IMG/VR virus record: IMGVR_UViG_3300021963_000040
Span: 32,001-96,000 of that record
Reading direction: 5' to 3' (one strand)
Origin: a virus
Length of the DNA stretch: 64,000 nt
Below the pieces are notes generated by a model. The model was not told the origin of the DNA and made no database searches. It worked only from the letters and a program-made list of their open reading frames with translations. Below, one piece after another: positions 9,919-18,974 of this stretch. Position 1 is the first letter of the stretch. Each line of letters opens with the position of its first letter. Made by a program: the position numbers and the translations under genes.

Positions 9919-11469
9919 ATGGCACAACAACAAGAATACGTATTAGTTAAGAAACCTTATCAACAAGAAAGGTTTACGCCCGAACAAGTTGAAGAATTTG
10001 TTAGATGCGCCAGCGACGCAAAATATTTTATTAGCAATTATGTATGGGTACAGCATCCTACTAAAGGTAAAGTTAGATTCGAACTATACGATTATCAAAT
10101 AGAACTCATTGACGTTTATCACAACAATCGTTACAGCATTAATATGCTAGGGCGTCAGATGGGTAAGTCAACTTGCGCGGCCGCATACTTACTTTGGTAT
10201 GCTATGTTTAATCCAGATGCAACAATACTGATAGCGGCACACAAGCATACGGGCTCGCAAGAAATTATGCAACGTGTACGCTTTATGTATGAACACGTTG
10301 ATGATTTTATACGTGCAGGTAGCACAAGCTATAATAAAGGTAGTATTGAATTTGAAAACGGCAGTCGTATTGTTTCAGCAACAACTACTGAAACAACCGG
10401 TCGTGGTATGTCCTTAACACTAGTTTACCTAGACGAGTTTGCTTACGTTCCTCCACGTATTGCCAAAGAGTTCTGGACAGCAATTAGCCCTACATTATCA
10501 ACAGGTGGTAAGTGTATTATTACAAGTACTCCTAACCAAGACGATGACCAGTTTGCACAAATCTGGAAAGGTGCAGAAAAAACAGTTGACGAATTTGGCA
10601 ACGATACTGGTATTGGTGTTAACGGCTTTAAGGGCATTAAGTTTACTTGGGAAAAACATCCCGAGCGTGATCAGAAGTGGGCAGACGAAGAACGCTACAA
10701 GATTGGTGAAGAGCGTTTCCGTCGCGAGCACATGTGTGAATTCGTTACTAATGATGAAACACTAGTTAACCCAATGAAATTATTAATGCTACACGGTATT
10801 GATCCAATCATGAAAGCAGGACAAGTTCGCTGGTATAAAAATGTTGAAGCTAATCGTAGTTATGTTTGTGGATGGGATCCTAGTCTAGGTACAGGCGGCG
10901 ATATGGCGGCAATACAAGTGTATGAATTACCTACTATGATTCAAGTAGCAGAATGGCAACATAATAAAACAGACATTAGGGGACAATTACGAATCCTAAC
11001 CGGTATTACAACCTACTTAGTAGACGAAGTAAAAAAGCTAGGCAAGCAGGATGTATATTGGTCAGTAGAAAATAATACCCTAGGCGAAGCCGCCTTAGTA
11101 GCTATTACAGAGTACGGGGAAGATCGTATTCCTGGCCTGTTTATTAGTGAGCCCGGTAACAAACGTAGGGGATTTACTACAACACATAAAAGTAAGTTAC
11201 CATCATGTGCTACACTCAAGCACTGGATTGAAAGCGATAAACTAACTCTAAAGAGCAAAAATCTAATAAGAGAAGTTAAAAACTTTGTTGCTAAGGGCAA
11301 CAGTTTTTCGGCCAAGGAAGGCGAAACAGACGATTTAATTATGGCAACTATACTTTGTGTTCGTTTAATAGATTATTTGAGCAATTATGATCAAAATCTT
11401 TACGAATCATTAAAGCAAAACGGCGTAGAAACGCACGATTTGATAATGCCTATGCCCATAGCACTTTAA
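9919..11469 (+). CDS. terL: Terminase large subunit (gp17-like)
   Basis: GRQMGKST Walker A, VYLDEFA Walker B, ITSTPN, GWDPSLGTGGD nuclease motif, DDLIMA; ATG 9919. Confidence 0.95.
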   Translation: MAQQQEYVLVKKPYQQERFTPEQVEEFVRCASDAKYFISNYVWVQHPTKGKVRFELYDYQIELIDVYHNNRYSINMLGRQMGKSTCAAAYLLWYAMFNPDATILIAAHKHTGSQEIMQRVRFMYEHVDDFIRAGSTSYNKGSIEFENGSRIVSATTTETTGRGMSLTLVYLDEFAYVPPRIAKEFWTAISPTLSTGGKCIITSTPNQDDDQFAQIWKGAEKTVDEFGNDTGIGVNGFKGIKFTWEKHPERDQKWADEERYKIGEERFRREHMCEFVTNDETLVNPMKLLMLHGIDPIMKAGQVRWYKNVEANRSYVCGWDPSLGTGGDMAAIQVYELPTMIQVAEWQHNKTDIRGQLRILTGITTYLVDEVKKLGKQDVYWSVENNTLGEAALVAITEYGEDRIPGLFISEPGNKRRGFTTTHKSKLPSCATLKHWIESDKLTLKSKNLIREVKNFVAKGNSFSAKEGETDDLIMATILCVRLIDYLSNYDQNLYESLKQNGVETHDLIMPMPIAL

Positions 11470-11481
11470 CTAAATATACAT

Positions 11482-12756
11482 ATGGCAATTAACTATTCAC
11501 AAGTATCTAAAAGAATTTTTGACATTCTGACTGGCTCAGATTACGAAATTCTTATGGGCGATGCTGACGCTAAAAAAACATTAAACGTTAAGGAAGCAGA
11601 ACGTTTCTTTATAACAGATCTGCATAGCATGATTTTCCTTGATAAATCTACTAATACTTTAAAACTATACGTTAGTAACGCAGGAGATCCTGATGCTATA
11701 GAAAAGCTCATCGATTCATCTAAAAAGACAGCAGAGCATTTTATGATGAGATTTAGTGTTAAAAATTACGGTAAAAAGTTAGAGCCTAAAGATTTTGCGT
11801 TCCAGATTGCAGTTAAAGAAAGTCATGACATGACTGGTACTACTAAGAGTAGCTATCAACACATCAATGGCGGCAAACTTATTATTCGTCATACAAAGTC
11901 AATCAATACAGAAAATCGCGGCTCTCGTAGTCGCAGTATTAAAACACTTTATGTAGAAAACAAAGACGGCGAGCGTTTTCAGTTTCATCCTAAATGGCTT
12001 ACTGGTGCCCGTGCAATGGCACGTCACGTGGGCGCTGGCGGATATCCGTACGATGAAACAGGAACAACTATTAAAAGTTTAAGTGAAGAATATACTGCAT
12101 TACGTAAGTTTATTAGACACGCCACTGTAAAAGGTTTTGTTAACGAAGAAACCGAAGGCTTAATTGAGTTTGCTAAAAAGAAAACCATTGCAATTGAACA
12201 CGCAATGCGTCGAATGAATTTTGAAGGTCTTAAAGTAACACTAGCAGAAACAGATGCTGACCGCTCAGCTGAATTAAAAAATTCTTTTACCCAACATATC
12301 ACTAGTCAAGCAGTTGAATCAGCATTACCATACCTTCACCAACTAATGTTAGAAAAAGAAGAAATGGACGTTAGCCAGCAGGCCTTACAAACTATAGATG
12401 ATGTTGTACGCAACACGCCTAAGTTTGATGTAAGTACTATGGATAGAAATGATCATGACAACCCTATTAATTTAAGTTTCAATGATAACGATACAGCTAT
12501 TAAACATACAGCAAAATATATGATGAATCACATTACTGACCAACCAGCCAAAGATGCGATTGAGTCAGCACTACATCATTACGATCGTTGGGACCAAGAA
12601 AATAAAGACCAGTTCAACCAAATTATTAGAAACATGATTCGTAAGGTTGTACGTATAAATAAAGAAGATACACAGGTTCCAATTGACCTTGAAGTATTTG
12701 AATCAATCAAGAAGACCGCAATGGACTTTAAAGTTGAACGAATCCTTTCAAAATAA
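11482..12756 (+). CDS. Conserved phage hypothetical protein
   Basis: Long ORF with GERF...LTGARAMARHV..GG.PYD motif; late promoter immediately upstream. Confidence 0.65.
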   Translation: MAINYSQVSKRIFDILTGSDYEILMGDADAKKTLNVKEAERFFITDLHSMIFLDKSTNTLKLYVSNAGDPDAIEKLIDSSKKTAEHFMMRFSVKNYGKKLEPKDFAFQIAVKESHDMTGTTKSSYQHINGGKLIIRHTKSINTENRGSRSRSIKTLYVENKDGERFQFHPKWLTGARAMARHVGAGGYPYDETGTTIKSLSEEYTALRKFIRHATVKGFVNEETEGLIEFAKKKTIAIEHAMRRMNFEGLKVTLAETDADRSAELKNSFTQHITSQAVESALPYLHQLMLEKEEMDVSQQALQTIDDVVRNTPKFDVSTMDRNDHDNPINLSFNDNDTAIKHTAKYMMNHITDQPAKDAIESALHHYDRWDQENKDQFNQIIRNMIRKVVRINKEDTQVPIDLEVFESIKKTAMDFKVERILSK

Positions 12757-12864
12757 TTGGAAAAAGACTTGACTTACAGAGAGTGAATCAAGTATTATTG
12801 TGGGACTGTACTACTTAAGGTACAGTCACTCTTGGCACATAACGGCTAATATAGGAGAAACATT

Positions 12865-13824
12865 ATGGCAACTTTGGCTGAAATTAGAGCTCGACTAGCA
12901 GAGCAAGATCAAAAGTCCGGCAGAGCCGGCGGCGGTATGGATAATGCAATTTATCCGTTCTGGAACATTCCAGAGAATTCAACCGCAGTACTACGCTTCC
13001 TTCCTGATGGTGATGACAACAACACCTTCTTCTGGAAAGAACGTCAGATGATTAAGATTCCATTCGCTGGCGTTAAAGGTGGCGACACTAATAAACAAAT
13101 TTTTGTGCAAGTTCCTTGCGTTGAGATGTGGAATGAAACATGTCCTATCCACGCAGAGATCCGTCCTTGGTTTAAAGATCCACGTATGGAAGATACTGCA
13201 CGTAAGTACTGGAAGAAGAAATCTTACCTCTTCCAAGGGTTTGTAACATCTAACCCGCTCAAGGAAGAATCTACTCCTGAGAATCCAATCCGTCGATTTG
13301 TAATCAACCCATCTATCTTCACTATCATTAAGACTGCGTTGATGGATCCTGATATGGTTGAACTACCAACCGATTTCACACAAGGCACAGACTTCCGTCT
13401 TACCAAGACCACTAAAGGTCAATACGCTGACTACAGCACAAGTTCATGGGCACGTAAAGAACGTAGTTTGAACGAAGAAGAACTAGGCGCTGTTGCCCAG
13501 TTTGGCTTGTACAATCTAAACGACTTCATGCCTAAGAAACCTACAGCAGAAGAACTAAACTTGATCTTTGAAATGTTCGAAGCAAGTGTAGAAGGTGAGC
13601 TGTTTGATCCTGCACGTTTTGGTCAGTTCTATAAAGCGGCAGGGGCAACTCCCGCCGCACCTTCAACTGCTCATACAGATGACGATGAACCAGTAGCACC
13701 TCCAGCTCGTCCTGCACCAGTAGCACAACCTGCCCCGGTTGCAGAAGCTTCTGTTTCTGCACCAGCCGGCAATAAGCCAAGTGTAGATGAACTACTTAAT
13801 ATGATTCGTAATCGCAAGCAATAA
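12865..13824 (+). CDS. Single-stranded DNA-binding protein (gp32-like)
   Basis: AVLRFLPD, CP, GTDFRL...YADYSTS motifs; strong SD AGGAG. Confidence 0.9.
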   Translation: MATLAEIRARLAEQDQKSGRAGGGMDNAIYPFWNIPENSTAVLRFLPDGDDNNTFFWKERQMIKIPFAGVKGGDTNKQIFVQVPCVEMWNETCPIHAEIRPWFKDPRMEDTARKYWKKKSYLFQGFVTSNPLKEESTPENPIRRFVINPSIFTIIKTALMDPDMVELPTDFTQGTDFRLTKTTKGQYADYSTSSWARKERSLNEEELGAVAQFGLYNLNDFMPKKPTAEELNLIFEMFEASVEGELFDPARFGQFYKAAGATPAAPSTAHTDDDEPVAPPARPAPVAQPAPVAEASVSAPAGNKPSVDELLNMIRNRKQ

Positions 13825-13829
13825 ACCGG

Positions 13830-13856
13830 ACTTGGGTCTTCGGACCCAAGTTTTTT
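13830..13856 (+). terminator. Intrinsic terminator
   Basis: ACTTGGGTC-TTCG-GACCCAAGT plus T-run (cUUCGg tetraloop). Confidence 0.9.
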
Positions 13857-13895
13857 ATGCTTAAAAAACATTTACTTTCAAATAGTAGGTTTGAT

Positions 13896-14168
13896 ATGAC
13901 TTTACCAGACGAACGATATCGTGCTGTGGCTTCAGCCAGGGAATTGTTAACAGAAATTGCTAACCCCCGAGGCCAATGGAAGCGTGTACCAAAACTATTG
14001 CGTTTACACGCAATACATTGTTTACGACATTACCCTTCTGACTATGATATGGATCGAGTTTCTGAAAAATCACCTGAGACTTTCCAGAAGAGAATGGAAC
14101 CGTTGACAAGGATGCTTACAGAGTATAAAATAGAGCAAGAGGAAGAACAAAATGACAAAACCGTTTGA
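13896..14168 (+). CDS. Conserved hypothetical protein
   Basis: MTLPDERYRAV...LRHYP; ATG 13896 after AGGT. Confidence 0.7.
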   Translation: MTLPDERYRAVASARELLTEIANPRGQWKRVPKLLRLHAIHCLRHYPSDYDMDRVSEKSPETFQKRMEPLTRMLTEYKIEQEEEQNDKTV

Positions 14169-15231
14169 CGTTTCAAAATTTAGAAAGACAATTACTAAGT
14201 CAATCGATGGACTAAGTGTTGGCTTTAATGATCCTACAGATTGGATCAGTACAGGTAACTATGTACTAAACTATCTAGTAAGTGGCGACTTTAATCGCGG
14301 GATTCCACTAGGTAAAGTTACAGTATTTGCAGGAGAGTCTGGCGCAGGTAAAAGTTTTATCTGTTCGGGCAATCTTGTACGTAACGCACAAGAGCAAGGC
14401 ATTTATGTATTTTTAATTGATACAGAAAATGCCCTTGATGAAGATTGGTTAAAGGCTCTAGGCGTTGACACACACGAAAGTAAGATGCTAAAACTTAATA
14501 TGGCTATGATTGACGATGTGGCTAAGCTAATTAGCGATTTTGTTAAGGAATATAGAGCCATCCCAGAGGAGGATAGACCTAAGGTCTTATTCGTACTAGA
14601 CTCTTTGGGAATGTTGCTAACACCAACAGACGTCAATCAGTTCGAGGGCGGCGACCTTAAAGGCGATATGGGTCGTAAGCCTAAGGCGCTTACTGCTTTG
14701 GTTCGTAATTGTGTCAATATGTTCGGTTCGCTGAACATTGGCCTAGTAGCTACAAACCATACCTATGCAAGCCAAGATATGTTTGATCCGGATGATAAAA
14801 TCTCCGGCGGACAAGGTTTTATCTATGCTTCTAGTATTGTTGTTGCTATGCGTAAACTCAAACTCAAAGAGGACGAGGATGGCAACAAAATTTCAGAAGT
14901 TAAAGGTATCCGTGCCGCTTGCAAGATTATGAAGACTCGCTACGCAAAGCCTTTTGAATCAGTGCAGGTCAAGATCCCATATGAAACAGGTATGAATCCA
15001 TACAGCGGACTCGTGGACATGTTTGAAGGCAAAGGCATGCTCAAGAAAGAAGGCAACAGCTTGGTCTATACTACCACAGACGGCGAAGTTATCAAACAAT
15101 TCCGAAAAGCATGGGAACGAAATGATAACGGATCATTGGATAAAGTAATGGCTGATGTTACATCGAACCCATCGTCACTTGATGGCACAGAGCTAAATAT
15201 CACCGATAGCGAATCATCTAATGAGGATTAA
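14152..15231 (+). CDS. uvsX: RecA-like recombinase UvsX
   Basis: GESGAGKS Walker A, IDTENA, VLDSLG, TNHTY, SGGQGFIYASS. Confidence 0.95.
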   Translation: MTKPFDVSKFRKTITKSIDGLSVGFNDPTDWISTGNYVLNYLVSGDFNRGIPLGKVTVFAGESGAGKSFICSGNLVRNAQEQGIYVFLIDTENALDEDWLKALGVDTHESKMLKLNMAMIDDVAKLISDFVKEYRAIPEEDRPKVLFVLDSLGMLLTPTDVNQFEGGDLKGDMGRKPKALTALVRNCVNMFGSLNIGLVATNHTYASQDMFDPDDKISGGQGFIYASSIVVAMRKLKLKEDEDGNKISEVKGIRAACKIMKTRYAKPFESVQVKIPYETGMNPYSGLVDMFEGKGMLKKEGNSLVYTTTDGEVIKQFRKAWERNDNGSLDKVMADVTSNPSSLDGTELNITDSESSNED

Positions 15232-15234
15232 TTT

Positions 15235-15507
15235 ATGCAAGAGGATGCAGAATTTCTAGCAACAATATGGCAAAGTTTAAAGCCATACATTCCAAAAAAA
15301 GAAACACTTGAGGCCGCAAATGTATTTTTGCGTACATTAGAAGACTATGCCAACGTCGACGAAGTTATAGACGACTTACGTGGACACGACGGTACGTTAG
15401 ATGCGGCCATTAACGATATCTACGGTAAGCCCGAAGAAATCGAAAGTGATGATTATGAGGAAGAAGATCTAGATTTTGACGGCGATTACGACTACGATGA
15501 AGAGTAA
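15235..15507 (+). CDS. Hypothetical acidic protein
   Basis: ORF between uvsX and uvsY. Confidence 0.65.
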   Translation: MQEDAEFLATIWQSLKPYIPKKETLEAANVFLRTLEDYANVDEVIDDLRGHDGTLDAAINDIYGKPEEIESDDYEEEDLDFDGDYDYDEE

Positions 15508-15510
15508 TTA

Positions 15511-15972
15511 ATGTCTACATGGTTCTATAAAGTCACACAGGATCTAACTGAGCTACCTAATTGTATCGTTTGGTACGAAGCTCAGTTAGACGAGGCAAGA
15601 AAAGAAATCAAATTAAAAGGAAACCTAGAACAACACAGCCGTGAGCTTCCAGGAACTTTTGAATATAGATTTAATCAACTACAAGAAATTGAAGCAATAT
15701 TAGAACATCTGAACATTGACTTACGTAAGTTAAGATCAGAAAAATTTAAGAGATTTATAGAGCACTACAATCGCGCTCTAACTTCTCGAGATGCTGAAAA
15801 GTATGTCGACGGAGAAGCCGAAGTAGTCAGCCTAAGTAAACTCATTAACGAGTTTAGTCTTTTACGTAACAAGTATTTGGGGCTAATCAAAGCACTTGAT
15901 ACTAAACAATGGCAAGTTACAAATATTGTTAAACTACGTGTTGCTGGTATGGATGATGCTAATTTAGGTTAA
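15511..15972 (+). CDS. uvsY: Recombination mediator UvsY-like
   Basis: Helical 153-aa protein with RDAEKYVDG...KQWQVTNIVKLR; next to uvsX. Confidence 0.75.
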   Translation: MSTWFYKVTQDLTELPNCIVWYEAQLDEARKEIKLKGNLEQHSRELPGTFEYRFNQLQEIEAILEHLNIDLRKLRSEKFKRFIEHYNRALTSRDAEKYVDGEAEVVSLSKLINEFSLLRNKYLGLIKALDTKQWQVTNIVKLRVAGMDDANLG

Positions 15973-16076
15973 TTATAGATTGCTTTAGCTTGAGCAACTT
16001 TACCTGAACGAGCTAGGGCCGCGGCAGTTCTTGCGGTAATAAATGCTTCGAGTATTGCTTTTAGATATTTTTTCAT
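15969..16076 (-). CDS. Small basic protein (35 aa, MKKYLKAILEAFITARTAAALARSGKVAQAKAIYN)
   Basis: Read by hand; AAGGA SD, ATGA overlap with the upstream minus-strand ORF. Confidence 0.6.
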   Translation of the reverse strand: MKKYLKAILEAFITARTAAALARSGKVAQAKAIYN

Positions 16077-16228
16077 AGTTGTCCTTTCATTTTTTGATCA
16101 TATTCTCTTTGCCAGTATTCTACATCTCCTGGACTTGTTGGGTTTTTTGATTTGATATATTCCTCTAAACGTGATTGATAGTCTTGCTTAGGAAACATTT
16201 CAGATAGTCTTTCTAACAATTTAATCAT
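16073..16228 (-). CDS. Small DUF3563-like protein (51 aa)
   Basis: MIKLLERLSEMFPKQDYQSRLEEYIKSKNPTSPGDVEYWQREYD; AAGGA SD and minus-strand TATAAATA upstream. Confidence 0.6.
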   Translation of the reverse strand: MIKLLERLSEMFPKQDYQSRLEEYIKSKNPTSPGDVEYWQREYDQKMKGQL

Positions 16229-16305
16229 TATGGTTTTCCTTATTATGGTTACTACTGATATTTATATTGCATAGCAACATATTTTAACCCTATATAAATA
16301 AAGAT

Positions 16306-16554
16306 ATGAGTACTATATTTCCACCGAACATACAAGAAATTTTAGATCTACTAGAAGATGACCGTACTAGGACCAGTAGATTGTTTAGAGATTTGGCATA
16401 TAGAATTAAATTAGAACACGACACTGATAAAAGACGAAAGTTAGCAGAAGAAGTAGCATCATTATGCCAATCAAAATATCCTAGATTTGGCCGTTATAAT
16501 TTCATGATACAATGCGGCCTTGCTAGTGCAAGAGAAGCAGATAAAGACTTTTAA
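16306..16554 (+). CDS. Hypothetical protein
   Basis: ORF 5 nt after TATAAATA. Confidence 0.55.
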   Translation: MSTIFPPNIQEILDLLEDDRTRTSRLFRDLAYRIKLEHDTDKRRKLAEEVASLCQSKYPRFGRYNFMIQCGLASAREADKDF

Positions 16555-16576
16555 AACCAAAGTATTACTTTTTACT

Positions 16577-16630
16577 AACCCTACAGACTGTAGGGTTTTT
16601 CTTGACTAAAAAATCGTTTGGCTTTACAAT
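16577..16630 (+). promoter_or_regulatory. Terminator hairpin followed by a sigma70-type early promoter
   Basis: AACCCTACAG/CTGTAGGGTT plus T-run, then TTGACT(16602)-17 nt-TACAAT(16625). Confidence 0.75.
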
Positions 16631-16659
16631 ACACAAATCATGCACCAACAGGAGATCTT

Positions 16660-16782
16660 ATGCGTTTTGTAACTGACCGAATTCGTGTATTCCTGTTTGG
16701 AATTTGCATCAGCGTGATGGGACTGTTTAGCCCAAACAAAGCCCTACGAACTGCCCACGAAGTGCTAGATCGTCGTGGTTGA
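16660..16782 (+). CDS. Small hydrophobic early protein (40 aa)
   Basis: AGGAG SD; MRFVTDRIRVFLFGICISVMGLFSPNKALRTAHEVLDRRG. Confidence 0.6.
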   Translation: MRFVTDRIRVFLFGICISVMGLFSPNKALRTAHEVLDRRG

Positions 16783-16832
16783 CCAATAAATCCAATTCTG
16801 TTATAGTAGTTGAAACTAACAAGGAGTTAATA

Positions 16833-17231
16833 ATGGGTCTCGATATGTACGCATTTGCAGTCAAACCTGAAGATGCTATTGACGCTACTACACTTAAAGA
16901 TCGCGATGAACGTTCGGGCGATTTTGAAGAACTTTTTTATTGGCGCAAACATCATGACCTTCATGGCTGGATGGAAGAACTTTGGATTACTAAAACAGGC
17001 GGAAATCCTGCAGGTGAAACCTTTAACTGCCGGCCTGTACGTCTAGATGAAGATGACTTGTTTGAACTAGAACAAGACGTACGGCGCAAAGCATTACCCG
17101 AAACTACTGGTTTCTTTTTTGGTAATAACCCCCAAGATGCAGAATCTATTGAACGTGATTTGGAATTCATTGCTAAAGCACGTACAGCTATTAGCGAAGG
17201 CTATTTGGTCTACTATGATAGTTGGTGGTAA
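16833..17231 (+). CDS. Conserved phage early protein (MGLDMY...YWRKH...YYDSWW family)
   Basis: AAGGAG SD before ATG 16833; motifs common in phage proteins. Confidence 0.8.
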   Translation: MGLDMYAFAVKPEDAIDATTLKDRDERSGDFEELFYWRKHHDLHGWMEELWITKTGGNPAGETFNCRPVRLDEDDLFELEQDVRRKALPETTGFFFGNNPQDAESIERDLEFIAKARTAISEGYLVYYDSWW

Positions 17232-17247
17232 ATGGATAACTGCCTGC

Positions 17248-17276
17248 TTGACAAAATAAGCAGGCGGTGCTATACT
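17248..17276 (+). promoter_or_regulatory. Sigma70-type promoter overlapped by an inverted repeat
   Basis: TTGACA-17 nt-TATACT. Confidence 0.8.
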
Positions 17277-17305
17277 ATGATTACTAAATTTGTGAAAGGA
17301 ACACT

Positions 17306-17461
17306 ATGTTCGAATCATTAGAAGTGCGAAACGTTAAAAACGGTGTTATTGTTACCTTGACTGACAATGACGGAGGTACAAGCGAATATGTCTTTGACAC
17401 TACTCGCAAGGCCTTGCGATTCATTAAACAGATCATCGAAGGCAACAAGGCCCCAGAATGA
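17306..17461 (+). CDS. Small hypothetical protein (51 aa)
   Basis: AAGGA SD; MFESLEVRNVKNGVIVTL...; ATGA overlap with the next gene. Confidence 0.7.
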   Translation: MFESLEVRNVKNGVIVTLTDNDGGTSEYVFDTTRKALRFIKQIIEGNKAPE

Positions 17462-17826
17462 AACTACTAGCAGTTATTCAAGCCGCAGATGGCAGAGTGT
17501 CAGGTGGCGATCCTTATCTGTGGGAGTGCTATGGTCCAAATGCACACTTTATGGAGTTTAGGGACGACCAGGGACAAGGATATTCGCATTGTGTCTTTGA
17601 CACTAAAACATACGATGTCTACGAAATTCATGCAGAAGTACCCCATAAAGATATTGCTTATCGTTGGGTACATCCTAAGTTTCTTAATAAGATGCTTGCA
17701 GAAGCCAAACGTCGACGAGTTGATCCTGATCTAGCATGGGACGAAGTAGTGTACAACAAAGTTGACGACTATTTTGTTATGTTGCAACACGTTAAAAATA
17801 TTGGTGTCACAAAGGAGGTAGTATGA
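17458..17826 (+). CDS. Hypothetical protein
   Basis: Coupled ORF with GGDPYLWECYGPNA motif. Confidence 0.7.
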   Translation: MKLLAVIQAADGRVSGGDPYLWECYGPNAHFMEFRDDQGQGYSHCVFDTKTYDVYEIHAEVPHKDIAYRWVHPKFLNKMLAEAKRRRVDPDLAWDEVVYNKVDDYFVMLQHVKNIGVTKEVV

Positions 17827-17969
17827 CTCAAGTAGAACTTCATGCATCAACTGAATCTAAACTAGCAGAAAAAGTTGACAGTTATACAAAGGATTATCCC
17901 GGGTGTAACTTTAAAATTTATTACTGTACTTCTCGTAAACTTTGGCGTGCCAGCGCCGTAAGGATTTAA
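17823..17969 (+). CDS. Small hypothetical protein (48 aa)
   Basis: GGAGG SD, ATGA overlap. Confidence 0.6.
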   Translation: MTQVELHASTESKLAEKVDSYTKDYPGCNFKIYYCTSRKLWRASAVRI

Positions 17970-17981
17970 TAAGGATTTAAA

Positions 17982-18170
17982 ATGAAATATCTTCTTATTG
18001 CACTATTTGTAATCTTTCTTTTTATCATTGGCCCATGTGCTACTATTTGGGCACTGAACACTTTGTTTCCGTCCTTGGCTATTCCACTTAACATTGAAAC
18101 CTGGGTAGCGGTTGTAGTCCTTTGGGCACCTCTAGGCGGAACGGGTATTTTTGGTTCTTCTAAGAAGTAA
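17982..18170 (+). CDS. Small membrane protein
   Basis: Two hydrophobic segments; AAGGA SD. Confidence 0.7.
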   Translation: MKYLLIALFVIFLFIIGPCATIWALNTLFPSLAIPLNIETWVAVVVLWAPLGGTGIFGSSKK

Positions 18171-18175
18171 ATATT

Positions 18176-18415
18176 ATGATGCAAATTAACGAATTCACTC
18201 AATTCAATAAATTGGCCAAAGGCATCCACGAGGATTTACAAGCCGAGTTCAGGCAGTCTTGGATCGAAGACTTACAGTCAGTTTACGATGCAGACACATC
18301 AGGCCCTCTGATCAATGGTGCTAATTCCATTCTCAAATATTACGGATCTAAACTTCGTGTAAAGGACGTAGGCTGGGACGAAGCAACTAGTTCGTTAGTT
18401 TGGGAGATGAAATAA
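18176..18415 (+). CDS. Hypothetical protein
   Basis: ORF in an early operon. Confidence 0.6.
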   Translation: MMQINEFTQFNKLAKGIHEDLQAEFRQSWIEDLQSVYDADTSGPLINGANSILKYYGSKLRVKDVGWDEATSSLVWEMK

Positions 18416-18750
18416 TGGAATTTGATTTTGTAACATTATTGGTGGGGGTTGGTATTGGATTGGCTATTGCGCTCCATATTGGAATGTCTATCCTAACTAC
18501 CCTTGCTAAAAGACTTGAAGAAATTCACAAGCAAAGAAACTCACCTGAAATGATAAACGGCAAAAGTGTAGTAGAAGCAACTATTACAGAAGAAAAAGGC
18601 GTTTACTATATGTGGGGTAAAAATAACGACTTTTTAGCCCAAGGCAAAACTCTTCAAGAGTTACATGCTCATTTAGAAGCCCGATTTAAAGATAGCGTTT
18701 TTAGGGTAGAAAAAATCCCTGACGAGCTTAAATCCTCGCTTAAATCCTAA
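18415..18750 (+). CDS. Membrane-anchored hypothetical protein
   Basis: N-terminal transmembrane helix; FLAQGKT motif; probable ATG at 18415 (TAATG). Confidence 0.65.
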   Translation: MEFDFVTLLVGVGIGLAIALHIGMSILTTLAKRLEEIHKQRNSPEMINGKSVVEATITEEKGVYYMWGKNNDFLAQGKTLQELHAHLEARFKDSVFRVEKIPDELKSSLKS

Positions 18751-18782
18751 AAGTAATACTTTTGTTGTATAAAAACAACACT

Positions 18783-18812
18783 AAAAACCCTTGTTTTTCA
18801 AGGGTTTTTCTT
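18783..18812 (+). terminator. Intrinsic terminator
   Basis: AAAAACCCTTG/CAAGGGTTTTT hairpin with T-rich tail. Confidence 0.75.
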
Positions 18813-18816
18813 TCGG

Positions 18817-18946
18817 TTGACGGAAAATTCGTATTTTGCTATAATACTTGTATTGCGAAATTAGAAGTTAGCCAGTAAAAGATGTTGCAAAAAAGCAACA
18901 CAGCTAGTTGACACAAAATTCCAATTTTGCTATAATACTTGTATTG
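18817..18946 (+). promoter_or_regulatory. Tandem near-identical strong sigma70 early promoters
   Basis: TTGACG(18817)-17-TATAAT(18840) and TTGACA(18908)-17-TATAAT(18931); both share ATTTTGCTATAATACTTGTATTG. Confidence 0.85.
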
Positions 18947-18974
18947 TAAACAAATCCACTGCAAAGGACACAAA

